This document shows, piece after piece, positions 1 to 11,496 of a stretch of 64,000 bases of DNA. The stretch lies in NCBI GenBank assembly GCA_023920165.1, contig CP089275.1, forward strand, positions 1,860,001-1,924,000. Direction: 5' to 3'. The first letter of the stretch is position 1, and each line of letters begins with the position of its first letter. The stretch is from Curvularia clavata. Its lineage: Eukaryota. The position numbers were made by a program, and so were the translations under genes. The notes under the pieces are model-generated. The model made no database searches. It saw nothing but the letters and a program-made list of their open reading frames with translations, and had not been told where the DNA came from.

Positions 1-827
1 CTGCTGTCGGTGCAAATGCTCCGGCGATCATCCTCATCGTTGGACGAAGCCGTGCTTGCAAATGACCGGTCAGTGCATGAGGTAGAAGGCCGCGAGCCAT
101 GTTGTTCCGGCACCCAGGTCTTGTCCAGTATCCACTTCTTTGCCTGGCCAGAAGGTTTCCTCTTGACCGTCTTGCGCGGCGGGCTCTTGGGGCGCTGCAG
201 CTCTTCGGTTCCGGACCCCCTCCTAAAGGGACATTGTGTGCGCTCATACTGCATCACATGGGCCAGGACCGACTTGAAGTGGGTGACCTTGGCCTTGTCG
301 TCGTCGGTCTCGAAGGGAAGCTCCATGCGGTAGTATGAGTCGTGGCGTACGCGCAGCACGAAGACGGACTGGTTGTCGACGCACCAGCATTGTGAGCGGG
401 GGAAGATTGTGTGGAGTAGGTTGCCGCTGTTAAGGAAGGAGACGTTGGAGGCGGTCACACGGTAGATGCGCAGGACACCTGGTCAGACATTAGCACTCAT
501 TAGACGCCACAGCACATGGGGCGACATGCCGACTGCCAGTGTGCGCTCGGTGGGCGTCTTCCACGGTATCGGCTGCCATGCGACGCCCTGTCGGTCGGGT
601 GAGGGGCGCCGAGCGGCGCCCGCTGTGGTAAAGGAGAAGATCTTGCAGTCGGAGCAGACAAACAGCGTCTCGATGCCATCTGCGCTGTGTGTCGAGGCAG
701 GCACTGACGCCGTCCTCTGTGCAGCGCGCGCGGGCATAGTGAAGCTCCTCCGGCCGCTGGTAGAGTTGCTGACACTGAGGGCCGAGGGCGCGTCATGGGG
801 GTGCTGGGATGAAGCCGGCAGGGGCAT
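1..827 (-). CDS. INP1: Inheritance of peroxisomes protein 1 (Inp1)-like; 3' end lies beyond the window
   Basis: ATG at 827 (MPLPASSQ...). Exon 1 ends ...WKTPTERTLAVG; intron 479-529 (GC donor); exon 2 reads VLRIYRVTASNVSFLNSGNLLHTIFPRSQCWCVDNQSVFVLRVRHDSYYRMELP, matching the filamentous-fungal Inp1 domain pattern (SQCWCVD, YRxELP). Confidence 0.75.
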
Positions 828-1402
828 GGCGGGCTGTCTATGCGGTCTATGTGAGCATGTCGGGGCCAGGCAGTGTGGTAGCAAAGACGGCGTATACGTA
901 GGAGACAAGGCTCGGCACCTGGCCAGAGGATTGCTCGAGTCTTTGGCAAGTGTCGTGTGCGTGTCGAGGGGAAGGTCGTCTCAGCTGCGTCGGTCAATGG
1001 CAGCGGGCGGAAGGCTACGCGCTGCCGCCGCTATGGCCACCGGCATGCTGCCTGTGTCTGTCGAGTCTCAACCTGGTCTGCGACCCCGCGTGTCAGACAT
1101 AGATGGCTCTCTGGCCATGCCACAGTATCGCGAGCACGTCGCCATGAATACGGGCGTGTACATGCTGCCATGCACAAAGCGCGCGTGCCCTCTGTTCGCA
1201 GCGGAGCGCTGCATAGCTCTGGGGCCGTCGGCGGCGCGGCTGCTGGCGCCCCATAGCGCTACGTCATGTGCTCCGCCAGTTCGCAGGGCGTTCGCACATG
1301 CACTCAGCACAGTAGCCCACAATACCAAGCTTTGCTGCGTGTCCGCTGTGCAGCCTCAGACCACCACGCTGCCTGCCCGACTGGCCTCTCGGACCGCCCG
1401 CC

Positions 1403-2751
1403 ATGGACAAGCTTGACATGTCCAACTTCGATGTCTCCAACTTCGACCCCAATGCCATCCTGCGGGGCGCCCAGCTGACCTTGGTCGGTGGTACGTTGCT
1501 GTCCATGACGCTGTCGTGAGCTGCTTTCTGACAGACCACACAGTCAACCGCGCCCTACAGAACCCGCGTCTCTTCACCTCCGACCACTACCGCCAGGCCG
1601 CCATTGCTGTAGCTGCTGGTATCGCCATCCGCATCATCGTAGCCATTCCGGTACGTGCCGCAGCCCAGCCTGCCAGGCAAACAACAAACAGCGTTGCTTA
1701 CACGCCTTAGATTGTCGGTGTACGAGTGTTGCTATGGATAATATCGCTGTTCGTGGACATGAGCCAGACCCAGCTGGACGAGACGGTTATCAATGGCCTC
1801 CATTTCCTTGAGCACTCGGTTCTCCAGGTTCCCTTTTTCCTCATGACTTTGATGCGTTATGTCACGCCAACCCTCGACCAAATGTAAGCTGCCTCCGGTC
1901 GTGTCAGTTCATGACTAAATCCATATCTGCAGGTTCATGGACTCCCTCCGCTGGGTAGACGAGACGTACGTCCAGAAGCACAAGACCGACGACCCCCACA
2001 ATCTCCGCGCCATGTACTACCCCAACCTCGAAAAATACCCAGACCACGCCCCCAAGCCCGAGAAGAAGGACAAGACGCCCATTAACAAGGCCGTCATGAT
2101 GTACGCCACAAAACAGGGCAGAAAGGCTGCCATTTCTCTAGGAGTCTTGGCACTATCCTACGTGCCCTACATCGGACGCTTCGTGCTCCCAGCTGCCAGT
2201 TTCTACACTTTCAAGAAGTCGGTGGGAACCCAGCCAGCAGCTGCCATCTTCGCCATGTCACTGCTGTTCCCTCGCAGATACCTGGTCTCTTTCCTGCAGG
2301 CCTACTTTTCTTCTCGCACGCTTATGCGTGAACTGGTACGTTCCGATTCCCGCATTCCCCTAGTCTTACTCCGCTGACAACCTGTAAGCTCGAGCCGTAC
2401 TTCAGCCGTGTCCGTTACACCGCGGAGCAGAAGAAGCTTTGGTTCAGAGACCGAGCTGGGGTCCTTTTTGGGTTCGGCCTGGGCTTTTACATCTTTGTCA
2501 AGATACCACTCGTCGGTGTCCTTATCTACGGCCTTGCTGAAGCATCAACAGCCTACCTCATTACCAAAATCACCGAGCCGCCTCTGCCGCCGAGCGAAGC
2601 CGAAAAATTCAAGCAGGAATCGCTCCGCTGGAAGAACAAGCACGAGTTCCTCAATCTGCCCTGGCAGCACATGGATGAATACAACCTAGCCATGCATAAG
2701 CCCAAGGAGCAGTCTGAAGTGCGCCAGACCCCGAGGAAGACATTTAGTTAG
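1403..2751 (+). CDS. usgS: Transmembrane protein UsgS-like (5 exons)
   Basis: gccATGG at 1403 gives MDKLDMSNFDVSNFDPNAILRGAQLTLVG. Four GT-AG introns. Hydrophobic segments, plus FMDSLRWVDETYVQKHK, YFSSRTLMRELLEPYFSR and WKNKHEFL. TAG at 2749-2751. Lies directly upstream of formamidase, as A. nidulans usgS does. Confidence 0.75.
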
Positions 2752-2926
2752 ACTGTCATGACGTCTAGCAGCCTCCACAGTCCGCTTTGGTCGGACCGGG
2801 AACAACCGCTGAGCCATGACGAACACGCAACTTGTTTCCGTGGACATTATTCGCAGCCAATTCAAACTTGCGGAGCCCGCGGCCAAGTACACCTGGCTGC
2901 TGCGCTATCTGGTGCGGCATGACGAT

Positions 2927-3112
2927 GATATCCCTTCTCGACGTACCCCGCAGTGGGGTCAACGCGTCTTGTTATGGTAGGTAGCTTGATAGCTCTCCAA
3001 CCGATGATACGTAACGTAACCGCACCATATCGTTGGGCTTATCATTGACGCTGTATTGATAGCTTGTGGGAATGAGTGCCGTTTCTCCGGCAGTTAGATG
3101 TGTCAACGATAA
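2927..3112 (+). promoter_or_regulatory. Cluster of GATA (AreA/NIT2-type) sites upstream of formamidase
   Basis: HGATAR matches at 2987 (TGATAG), 3039 (TTATCA), 3057 (TGATAG) and 3107 (CGATAA), plus GATA cores at 2927 and 3006. An inverted pair of SYGGRG (CreA-type) motifs, CCCCGC-A-GTGGGG, lies at 2946-2958. Confidence 0.55.
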
Positions 3113-3278
3113 ACAATTCATGGCCTGACGATTCCAGTTCCCCCTTCGCCCGTTCCTTATATCGTGAGCCCCCTCTTTTGTGTCATCAATCCCATCTGCC
3201 CATTCTTTGCGCTCTCCCTCTCTCTACTAACCTCGGCCTTGTTTTTCTCTACACTTTGTTGATATCCAATTGTTTACC

Positions 3279-4937
3279 ATGGGCAAAGAAGGCATCCGCT
3301 ACGCGGCCAAGGTCGCTCTAGACAAACCAGCATCAGAGCAAGAATGCTTGCATGTGCGTCGACACCTTCTCGCACTCTCACAAAAATAACCCACCAAGTC
3401 GATACTAACAAGCATTTTCAGAACCGCTGGCACCCCGAAAACCCCTCGTACGCCACCATTAAGCCCGGCGAAGTGGTCAAGATCGAATGCGTCGACTGGA
3501 CCGGTGGCCAAATCGGCAACAATGACTCTGCTGACGACGTGCGCAACGTCGACCTCACAAAAATTCATTATCTGACCGGTCCCTTTGACATTGAGACTGC
3601 TGAGCCGGGTGATGTGCTCGTGGTGGAGATTCAGGATGTGCAGCCCTTGGACGAGCAGCCGTGGGGGTTTACGGGCATTTTTGCCAAGGAGAATGGAGGC
3701 GGGTTTTTGGATGAGATTTATCCTGAGCCGTGAGTTCATTCTTTACTTTTAGGGGAAAATATGGTTCGGCGGGTTACTTGAGTGGATTGAAACGAGAACT
3801 GACGTGAGGAACGATCACAGAGCAAAAGCAATCTGGGACTTTGAAGGCATCTTCTGTAGTTCTCGCCATATACCCGGTGTGAGATTTGCAGGTTTGATCC
3901 ATCCTGGAAGTAAGTAGTCCATTTTCTTCTCTCTTATCCAAAAAAAAAGAATACTGAACATCAAAAAGTCCTCGGCTGCGCGCCCTCCGCAGAAGTCCTC
4001 GAAACCTGGAACAAACGCGAATCCGAACTCATTTCTACCCACAGCCACCTCAACCGCACCGTCGCCGAGCCCCCTCAACCCACAAACGTGCACGCAGGCA
4101 CCGCCACGGGCGATCTCAAGACGAAAATCGGTGCCGAGGGTGCACGCACGATCCCCGGTCGCCCAGAGCATGGCGGCAACTGCGACATCAAGAACCTATC
4201 TCGGGGCTCCAAAGTCTTCCTCCCCGTGCACGTGTCCGGCGCCAAGTTCAGCGTCGGAGACTTGCATTTCAGCCAGGGCGACGGCGAGATTTCCTTTTGT
4301 GGTGCAATTGAAATGGCGGGCGTGATTACGCTCAAATTTAGTGTCATGAAGGATGGAATGAAGCAGTTGGGCATGAAGAGCCCGATCTACATCCCTGGAC
4401 CCGTTGAGCCGCAGTTTGGACCGGGCAGGTATATCTATTTTGAGGGGTTCAGTGTGGATGAGAAGGGAAAACAACATTATTTGGATACCACGGTCGCGTA
4501 TAGGCAGACGTGCTTGAGGGTCATTGAGTATTTGAGACGATATGGTACGTCATCCTTTTTTCTTCGGTCTTGCGTAATCTCGAGTACACGTTCCTTTTCT
4601 CCGCTTCTTTGCTTCTGGAACTTGTATCCGAAATGGCAGGGACGTGCTTGAAACGTGTTTTGTTTCTCTCGTTTCACCTTTCTTTCTTCCGAGTTTGCTT
4701 TTGTTTAGGTTCCGAGTGAACTACGCTTACACGAATCTCTGAACAGGCTACAATGATTATCAAATCTACCTGCTGCTATCGTGTGCCCCAGTGCAGGGAC
4801 ATGTGGCAGGGATTGTGGATATACCCAATGCGTGTACGACCATGGGCCTGCCAATGGACATCTTTGACTTTGACATTAGTCCACATGTTCCGGCTGAGAA
4901 GAAAGATATGGGGTCCTGCGCGTTTGTGTCAAAGTAG
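3279..4937 (+). CDS. fmdS: Formamidase (FmdA/AmdA family), 5 exons
   Basis: MGKEGIRYAAKV...HNRWHP, IECVDWTGGQIGNNDSADDV, RTIPGRPEHGGNCDIKNLSRGS, GDLHFSQGDGEISFCGAIEM, and a final exon IVDIPNACTTMGLPMDIFDFDI...FVSK* (TAG 4935-4937). Confidence 0.95.
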
Positions 4938-6249
4938 GGTAGCGTAATCCTTGTTTGATATAACAGCAGTAGCTTTCTTCGACCGCTGGTCCAGTCTTAA
5001 GAATTCTAATGCTGCTAGGATCTGTGAACATGCAGCTTGGAGCCGCTCGTAAAATGCAAGCTATAAATGCATGCAATTGCACCCGGCCTTGCAGAAGTAA
5101 ACCGTGTCACTCTGAATCACTGGAATGAGAGATGCAAGTGATTGACAGAAAATTCCCCTCCGTTCGGACAGTGTTTGTTCCAAATGCAGCCTAGTTGTAA
5201 CGAGCCAGCGAGACACTGTTCTTCTGTTGCTAAAACGGGGAGATAGTCAAAAGGCGATCATCCGGAACGTGATGCTCCGGATTACGAGCGACCGAAAAGC
5301 ACATGAGCCGTGTCTGTGGACTACAGTTTAACTCAACTGAGCTCAGTGTTTCCAGGATCCGATGATACGAGAGGCAAGCAGCACGGTGGGGAACGGCAAG
5401 TGAGATTACCGCAGCAAGATTCGGTACCGAAAGATTAAGAGAGATCTTAAGCGGAATGTGATTGAAGGTCGGCGACGATGCGGGGAACAAGGAGAATGTT
5501 CCTAGGTTGAGCATTGACAGCGGGATACGATGCAGTCCTTACTCGGCCCGAATAATGACTGCTCTATTCTGGTATAGGCATCTGCGTAGCCGCTGCACGG
5601 AAGACATCCACTGTGTCGACCAATGGTATACACTGTATAACCGGAACGGAATGATGGACTTTTGAACAACAAATTGGGAAATGTTGAGAAATTTCTGTCA
5701 AAGTGAGGCGTAGTTGTCGGCTGCTTGGCTGTGGCAACTCTTGTAAGTAGTGAGAAAAAAAAAGCCACAACGGCGGTTGAACATCGGCTATTTTTGGTCG
5801 TGGCGTAACACAAAGACATAGAGCTCCTGACATATGCCTGCTACTTTGGATGTGAGTGAGCAGGACCAGACTGTATGAATCAGCAATCTTGGAACTCTCT
5901 TTGACCTCAGTGAGCATGTGCCAGGGGCGGCACAGCAAACATATCCGCCGTAGTTATGCCGCGTGAGATGGAAAACTTCAAAGCCCTCATAGGAAGTCGG
6001 AGTGGATTTGTTGTCCATGGAACAGAAAGCTGGTGATGCAGGAGTAAATATGATGTATTGGACCACAGCTATGGGTAATGCACGGTGGCTCCTCATAAAC
6101 AGAGGATCGCCAATGGCACAAGGTGACACAGGCTGTGGATGTGCTGCTTATGGTTGACAAGTCTGACCGTATTATCATGATATGTTGTGCGACCAGCCAA
6201 AAGCTGGCATGCGGCACTCGGCATACATGGGCAGGTTGTGTCAATCACT

Positions 6250-7121
6250 TCACAAGACTTTGTCAGCGGCAGAGACTGAGAATTGTTAGCTGTGTGGAGC
6301 CTTGACGAGTCAAGAAACGTGTACCATTTAGTCCGGTGTTGTCGGGTTCTACGTGGGCGGCCTTGACAGTACCGTTTTCGACGACTAGAGCGTACCGCTT
6401 TGAACGGTCGCCTCCGAAGATAGAGGCGCCGTCAAAAGACAGGTCGAGGGCTTTTGTAAAGCTTAGGCTAGGGTCTCCTAGGAAGCGAACCTGGCTGATT
6501 TAGTACAGGGCAGTCGGATCATGATGCAAAGGAGCACCTACACCGCTGGAACCGGATGGATCTAGCATTTTGCCCCAAGCCTTCATGCTACAAACAGTCA
6601 GTCTCGCAAAACGCCAATCCTTTCTAAGCTATGATCCGAGCCATGTCTTGTGCGTTTCTGGTACATGAGGCATGAGGCACGAGCCAATGATTCATGACCG
6701 AGTCAGGCATGGACCGAGGGTGCCCGGCGAGAAAATCTCCGGAGGGACTCGACCTACACAAAAGGGTCGTTGACCGAGACTACAAAGACTTGACCAGCAT
6801 CCTTGAGCTTGGGAGAGTTGATGTAGCCGGGTACATGGCTTTCCGAGCACGAGGGAGAGAAGGCGGCAGGGACACCTGCAACATCTGTCAGACGGATGCG
6901 TCTTTTATGGAGACTGGCGGCGTCTTGAGCTCACCGACAATGACACCCTTGCTGGTCAATTCTTTGGCGAGGTTGATCTTGTTTCCGGGCGATCCCTCTA
7001 CCAGGTCGACGTCGGGCAGCTTGTCGCCCACCTTGACAAAGGCAGGCGCAGAGGCATGGAAGAGACGTCGGCCGGCGAGGGGGCGCACCAGAGGCAGGCG
7101 GCGGGAAGCAGCAGAGAACAT
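6250..7121 (-). CDS. Peroxiredoxin, Prx5/Ahp1/Pmp20 (Redoxin) type, with putative mitochondrial presequence; 5 exons
   Basis: Arg-rich presequence MFSAASRRLPLVRPLAGRRLFHAS, then VKVGDKLP, GVPAAFSPSCSESHVPGY (peroxidatic Cys), VSVNDPFVMKAW, RSKRYALVVENG, ...VSAADKVL* (TGA 6250-6252). Four GT-AG introns. Confidence 0.92.
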
Positions 7122-8035
7122 GACGAGATGCACGAGAGGGGCGAGGATGCGTGCGGGCGTGGAGTGGTAAATGTACTTGTACACAGTACACAGTACAGTA
7201 GAGAGAGCACGTGTGGGATTGACGGTGGTGGAGGAAGGTGGGGGCGGCGTGCTAGCGCGGTGTGGAAGACGGCAAGCGCAGCCCGCCAGCAGCAGCAGGA
7301 GCACATGCGCCTTCCTCGTCGTTGTCGACGCCGCCGTGCAATGCCCGCAACCGCAACGACGCCCGTTTTGGACGTGAGGGGCCACGTTCAACTAGGCTGC
7401 ACAAGTACGGCGGCTGGCAGATTGCGGATAATTAATGAGGTGCTCCACCAGGCGGCCTAGTGTGCGCGCCCATGTTGCACGTCTGCCACGGTGTGCCGAT
7501 CGCACTGTGAGGCCGGTCATGGCCGTCAGCGGCACAGCTAGCGGAGGCGCCCACGTCAAGAATGCGATGAGACCCATGGCACGGCGTTGCAGAGGTGACG
7601 TGCGAGCCCTGCCCTACCAGCGAGGCGAGGGCAGAGGCAGCCCACGGCGCCATGGATGCCCGCAGTATCCATGCCATGTTCCGGTGCATACATAGTTACT
7701 TGTACAGAGAGCACGGCGGATGGCACTCGACGCTGCTGTCGTGTATAAAAAAAAGGGACACAGGCCCGTCTCGTATCCGCCCACGCCGCCATCCCTGCCG
7801 TCTTCGCTCGGCACGCCCGCTTGGCCTCCCCTAGCCCATGGCCGACTGCAATCCTCTCAAGGCCCCGGGTTAACCTGCTTTAGGCCCGTTTAGCCCAGAA
7901 GCCACAGGTAGAGCCCATGTCTCCCTGCCTCTTACACCTAAAGGCCCAGATCTCGTCCATTGCCCTTCGCCCTCTTGCGACACGGCGCGCCTGTTTTGGC
8001 CTATTTCGTCATCGCCCCTTCGCCCTCGATCCTCT

Positions 8036-8061
8036 GCTACTACGCTACTACGCTACTACGC
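8036..8061 (+). repeat. Short tandem repeat (GCTACTAC)3 upstream of skn7
   Basis: gctactacgctactacgctactacgc read directly from the sequence. Confidence 0.8.
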
Positions 8062-8292
8062 CAAGCAACCCTGCCCATCCATCTTCTGCTAGACAGCGCA
8101 CCCTGAACTCCCGCGCGCCCTCCGCTGCCTGCCGCACCCTCGACTTTCGTTGGCTCCAATTGCCCCAGGCTGTGCCTAGACACTCGACATTGATCTCGAC
8201 CATCGACGCGAGCACCCACTTGTTGTCGCGCTTCTACCACCACCTGTACCCACGCCTTCCGCGCCTGTAGCGTTTGCGAACCCATCGACATC

Positions 8293-10564
8293 ATGGATTC
8301 CAACCAAGGCGGTGGAGGCGGGTCCAACAACTCGAGCGACTTTGTGCGCAAGCTGTACAAGTACGCAAACGCGCGCCTGCGACTACCCCATGGCCCCCCT
8401 CGTACTAACGCCCATCCAGGATGCTCGAGAACCCCAGCGACGAAAGCGTAGTGCGATGGGGAAATGACGGCGATAGTTTCGTCGTCCTCGAAGTATGCGC
8501 CTGGCCATCTTGATGCGTGTGCAAAGAACAAGAAAGCTAACTTTGAGACAGAACGAAAAGTTCACCAAGCACATCCTCCCCAAGCACTTCAAGCACAGCA
8601 ACTTTGCCAGTTTTGTGCGCCAACTTAACAAGTACGATTTTCACAAGGTCCGACACAACAATGAGGAAAATGGGCAATCGCCCTATGGACCCGGGGTACG
8701 CTTTACACACGCCTCCTGCGACCATAGCTCGCCGGGCGTACCGTCCCAAATTTGACACACCAATGACTGACCAACATTGCACAGGCCTGGGAGTTCAAGC
8801 ACCCAGATTTCAAGATGAACAACAAAGACGCACTCGACAACATTCGTCGCAAGGCTCCGGCGCCGCGAAAACCAAACCAAGCGGCAGCCGAGGACTTTGC
8901 GCCCTCGCAACAGATGGACATGGTCAGCGGCCAACTCATGGCCACGCAGGCCCAACTGCATCAGCTCGAGGCTCGATACAACGAATTGAACATCCACCAC
9001 TCCATGCTTTTGCAGGAAGTCATTGGCCTGCAAAAGACTGTCGTCAACCACGAGCACGTCATGCAGCAAATCATGACATTCCTGCACGGGGTAGATGCGA
9101 CCCAACGAAGGAACAGCAAACTCGTCTTCTCCAACGGTGCAGACGCTCAGAACGGCAACATGGACCCCCCTTCGAACAACGACGACGACAACCCCGCCTC
9201 GCCTCTCCAACATGCTTCCAAGCTTCTCAGCGAAACCAACGCCGATGCCATGTTGAACCCCCGCAACCTGGAGCACATGAACGAAATCACCATGCGAATG
9301 AACGGCACTCTGACAACACCTCCACCAGACTTTGCGCGGGCGCAAATGCGGCCCACTAGCCGCGGCCCGCCATCAGCCACTTCGACAAACTCAATGCGCT
9401 TGGATAACCTAGACAACCTTGTTTACCCGGTCGGATCATCTAACGGCATCGATCCCATGTACAGTGAGCACATCAACAACATTCCCTACGCTGCTCCGCC
9501 AAAGGTGGTGGAGCAAAACGAGCCCAAGATGGCTGAAGGCAAGAAGAAGCCTGGTTTCCCTGATCCGGGTTGGATCAGACCACCACAGATTTTGCTTGTA
9601 GAGGACGATCCTACGTGCCGTCGTATTGGAAGCAAGTTCCTATACGCTTTCCAGTGCTCCATCGATAGTGCTGTAAGTTTTCCTGGCTCCAAATGCACGG
9701 CCTGTACTGACCTAGCCTAGCTCGACGGTCTTGAAGCAGTTAACAAGATGAATGCTGGTTCGAAATACGACTTAGTTCTCATGGATATCATCATGCCCAA
9801 CCTTGACGGTGTCTCCGCATGCCATCTGATCCGACAATTCGACACTACGCCCATTGTTGCCATGACTTCGAACATTCGTAGCGATGACATTTCCATGTAC
9901 TTCCAGCATGGTAAGATATCTCCGACTACGTCTCACCTGTACGCTAACAAAAATAGGTATGAACGATGTTCTTCCCAAGCCATTCACTAAAGAAGGACTA
10001 CTTCACATGCTGGAGAAACACTTGGTCCACCTGAAAAAGCCAACAGGCCAGGCCGATGGGTCTATGGTGGCACCCCAACCTGTACCGATAGCACGGCAAC
10101 TAGTCCTCAAGGACGAGGATTCCCCCGGAAAGTCACCTCAAACCGTCAGCAACTGGAACTCGCCCAATCAAATCACGGGCGTATCTCCAGTGGGTACTTC
10201 GGTTCCGGAAGACTTTGCACAGGCCATGCGAGGCCAACCTGTGCAACACCCGAATTCGTACGGGGTCAATCCCATGCAAGGCAACATGGGATACAATGCT
10301 TCATCTCATATGCAAATGCAATCGCAACAGCAGCAACAGCAACAGGCACAACATCAGCAGCAGGCACAAGCACAGGCACAAGCACAGGCACAACAACAAC
10401 AGCAGCAGCAGCAGCAACAACAACAACAATTACAGAGTGGTCATCGCAGACAGGTTTCTGAGATTTCCGGGGGTGATGATATGAACAACCCATCAAAACG
10501 TCAGCAAATGTATCCTCCTCAGATGCAACCGCAGATGGGATCCATGCAGCCGCGCCCACATTGA
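8293..10564 (+). CDS. SKN7: Stress response regulator Skn7/SrrA (HSF DNA-binding domain, coiled coil, receiver domain); 6 exons
   Basis: SSDFVRKLYKML, LPKHFKHSNFASFVRQLNKYDFHKV (HSF). ILLVEDDPTCR, DLVLMDIIMPNLDG (phospho-acceptor Asp), NDVLPKPFTK (receiver). Gln-rich tail. Five introns with canonical signals. Confidence 0.96.
10325..10430 (+). repeat. CAA/CAG-rich poly-Gln and (Gln-Ala) repeat in the Skn7 C-terminus
   Basis: Translates as QQQQQQQAQHQQQAQAQAQAQAQQQQQQQQQQQQQ. Confidence 0.9.
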
Positions 10565-11350
10565 TGGCTGGCATAGGCATGGCTTGGTGCGCGGAAGAAC
10601 TGGAAATAAGGAATCAAAAAAAAATTAGGAGCAATTGGCGGCTGGCTTTTACGCCAACAGGCATTAGCGACGGAGTTGGAGACAAGCTCCCCTGGTCGGA
10701 AGACCGTTTGTTATGGCTGGCCCTTGGACACTTTGTTGTAAAATGCAAGGATGCAATGGTTCAAAAGCTATGTTGTTTGGGGTGGGCATCAAGAACTACG
10801 GGTTCTCGGCGTTCAAGGTTGTGGAGTGGCTCAGTTCTTGAGCTGGATACCGGCTAGGAAATACCCTACTTGCTAGATAAACAATTTGACATGTATTTTT
10901 TCGCTCTTTTTTTGCATTCAAGAGACTTGACTATAGGACAGTAAACCCTTGTCCTTATTTGAAACGTGCCATTTGTTTCTCTCCGGCTTGGAACTATCGT
11001 AGTCGCTCTTGAGTCGCATTATGAGAAATTTTCCTCTAGTACCAAGCCCTCAGCCGTCGGCGAGGAGCGCTTTGCAAAGACTTGGGTGTTCAGCCGCGCC
11101 GAGTACTCACCGATGCCGGATAGCAGCATGTGTTGGGGCGCAGGTGTCGTCGCAATAAGCATTTTCGAGTAGAGGTGCCCCTGGCGGTCCAGACCTTCGA
11201 AGCCTGGCCAGAATGCTGCGCACGAGCGTCTTCGATAATTCATGCGGCCTGTTGCAGCGGCTTACCCGCAGTGCCTTCCCGCTAAAGGATCCGAGACGAG
11301 ACGGGACCCGGGGTACTGGTTTGCGTGGTGGTCCCCGGTTGGGGGGCTTG

Positions 11351-11357
11351 TGACTCA
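11351..11357 (+). promoter_or_regulatory. TGACTCA (Gcn4/CpcA/AP-1 consensus) about 140 nt upstream of the eIF2B-epsilon start
   Basis: Exact 7-mer is present; function is inferred only. Confidence 0.35.
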
Positions 11358-11496
11358 GCGGCCATGGTGGGAGGTTCGTGGTGGAGGGCTTTTTTTGAAG
11401 TCGCAGCATACACCCCCACCTTCGGCTCCCACCCATCACCCCAGCCGCCCACCACTCTCTTGTCCTTTTGTGCACTGTACCTCTACCACACTCAGC

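Noticed and set aside
466..1416. 316-aa plus-strand ORF
   Set aside because: Antisense to INP1 exon 1 and spans the GC-rich divergent promoter; no recognisable domain; likely a shadow ORF.
6241..6330. Cryptic PTS1 in the peroxiredoxin through readthrough or last-intron retention
   Set aside because: Stop context is TGA AGT rather than TGA CTA, and retention ends in ...SLCR*, which is not a PTS1.
7122..7391. Stop-free in-frame extension upstream of the peroxiredoxin ATG
   Set aside because: No ATG or recognisable motif, and the annotated start already gives a good presequence.
10966..11243. Short ORFs and a minus-strand GTGAGT donor between skn7 and eIF2B-epsilon
   Set aside because: No coherent gene model or RNA-gene signature could be built.
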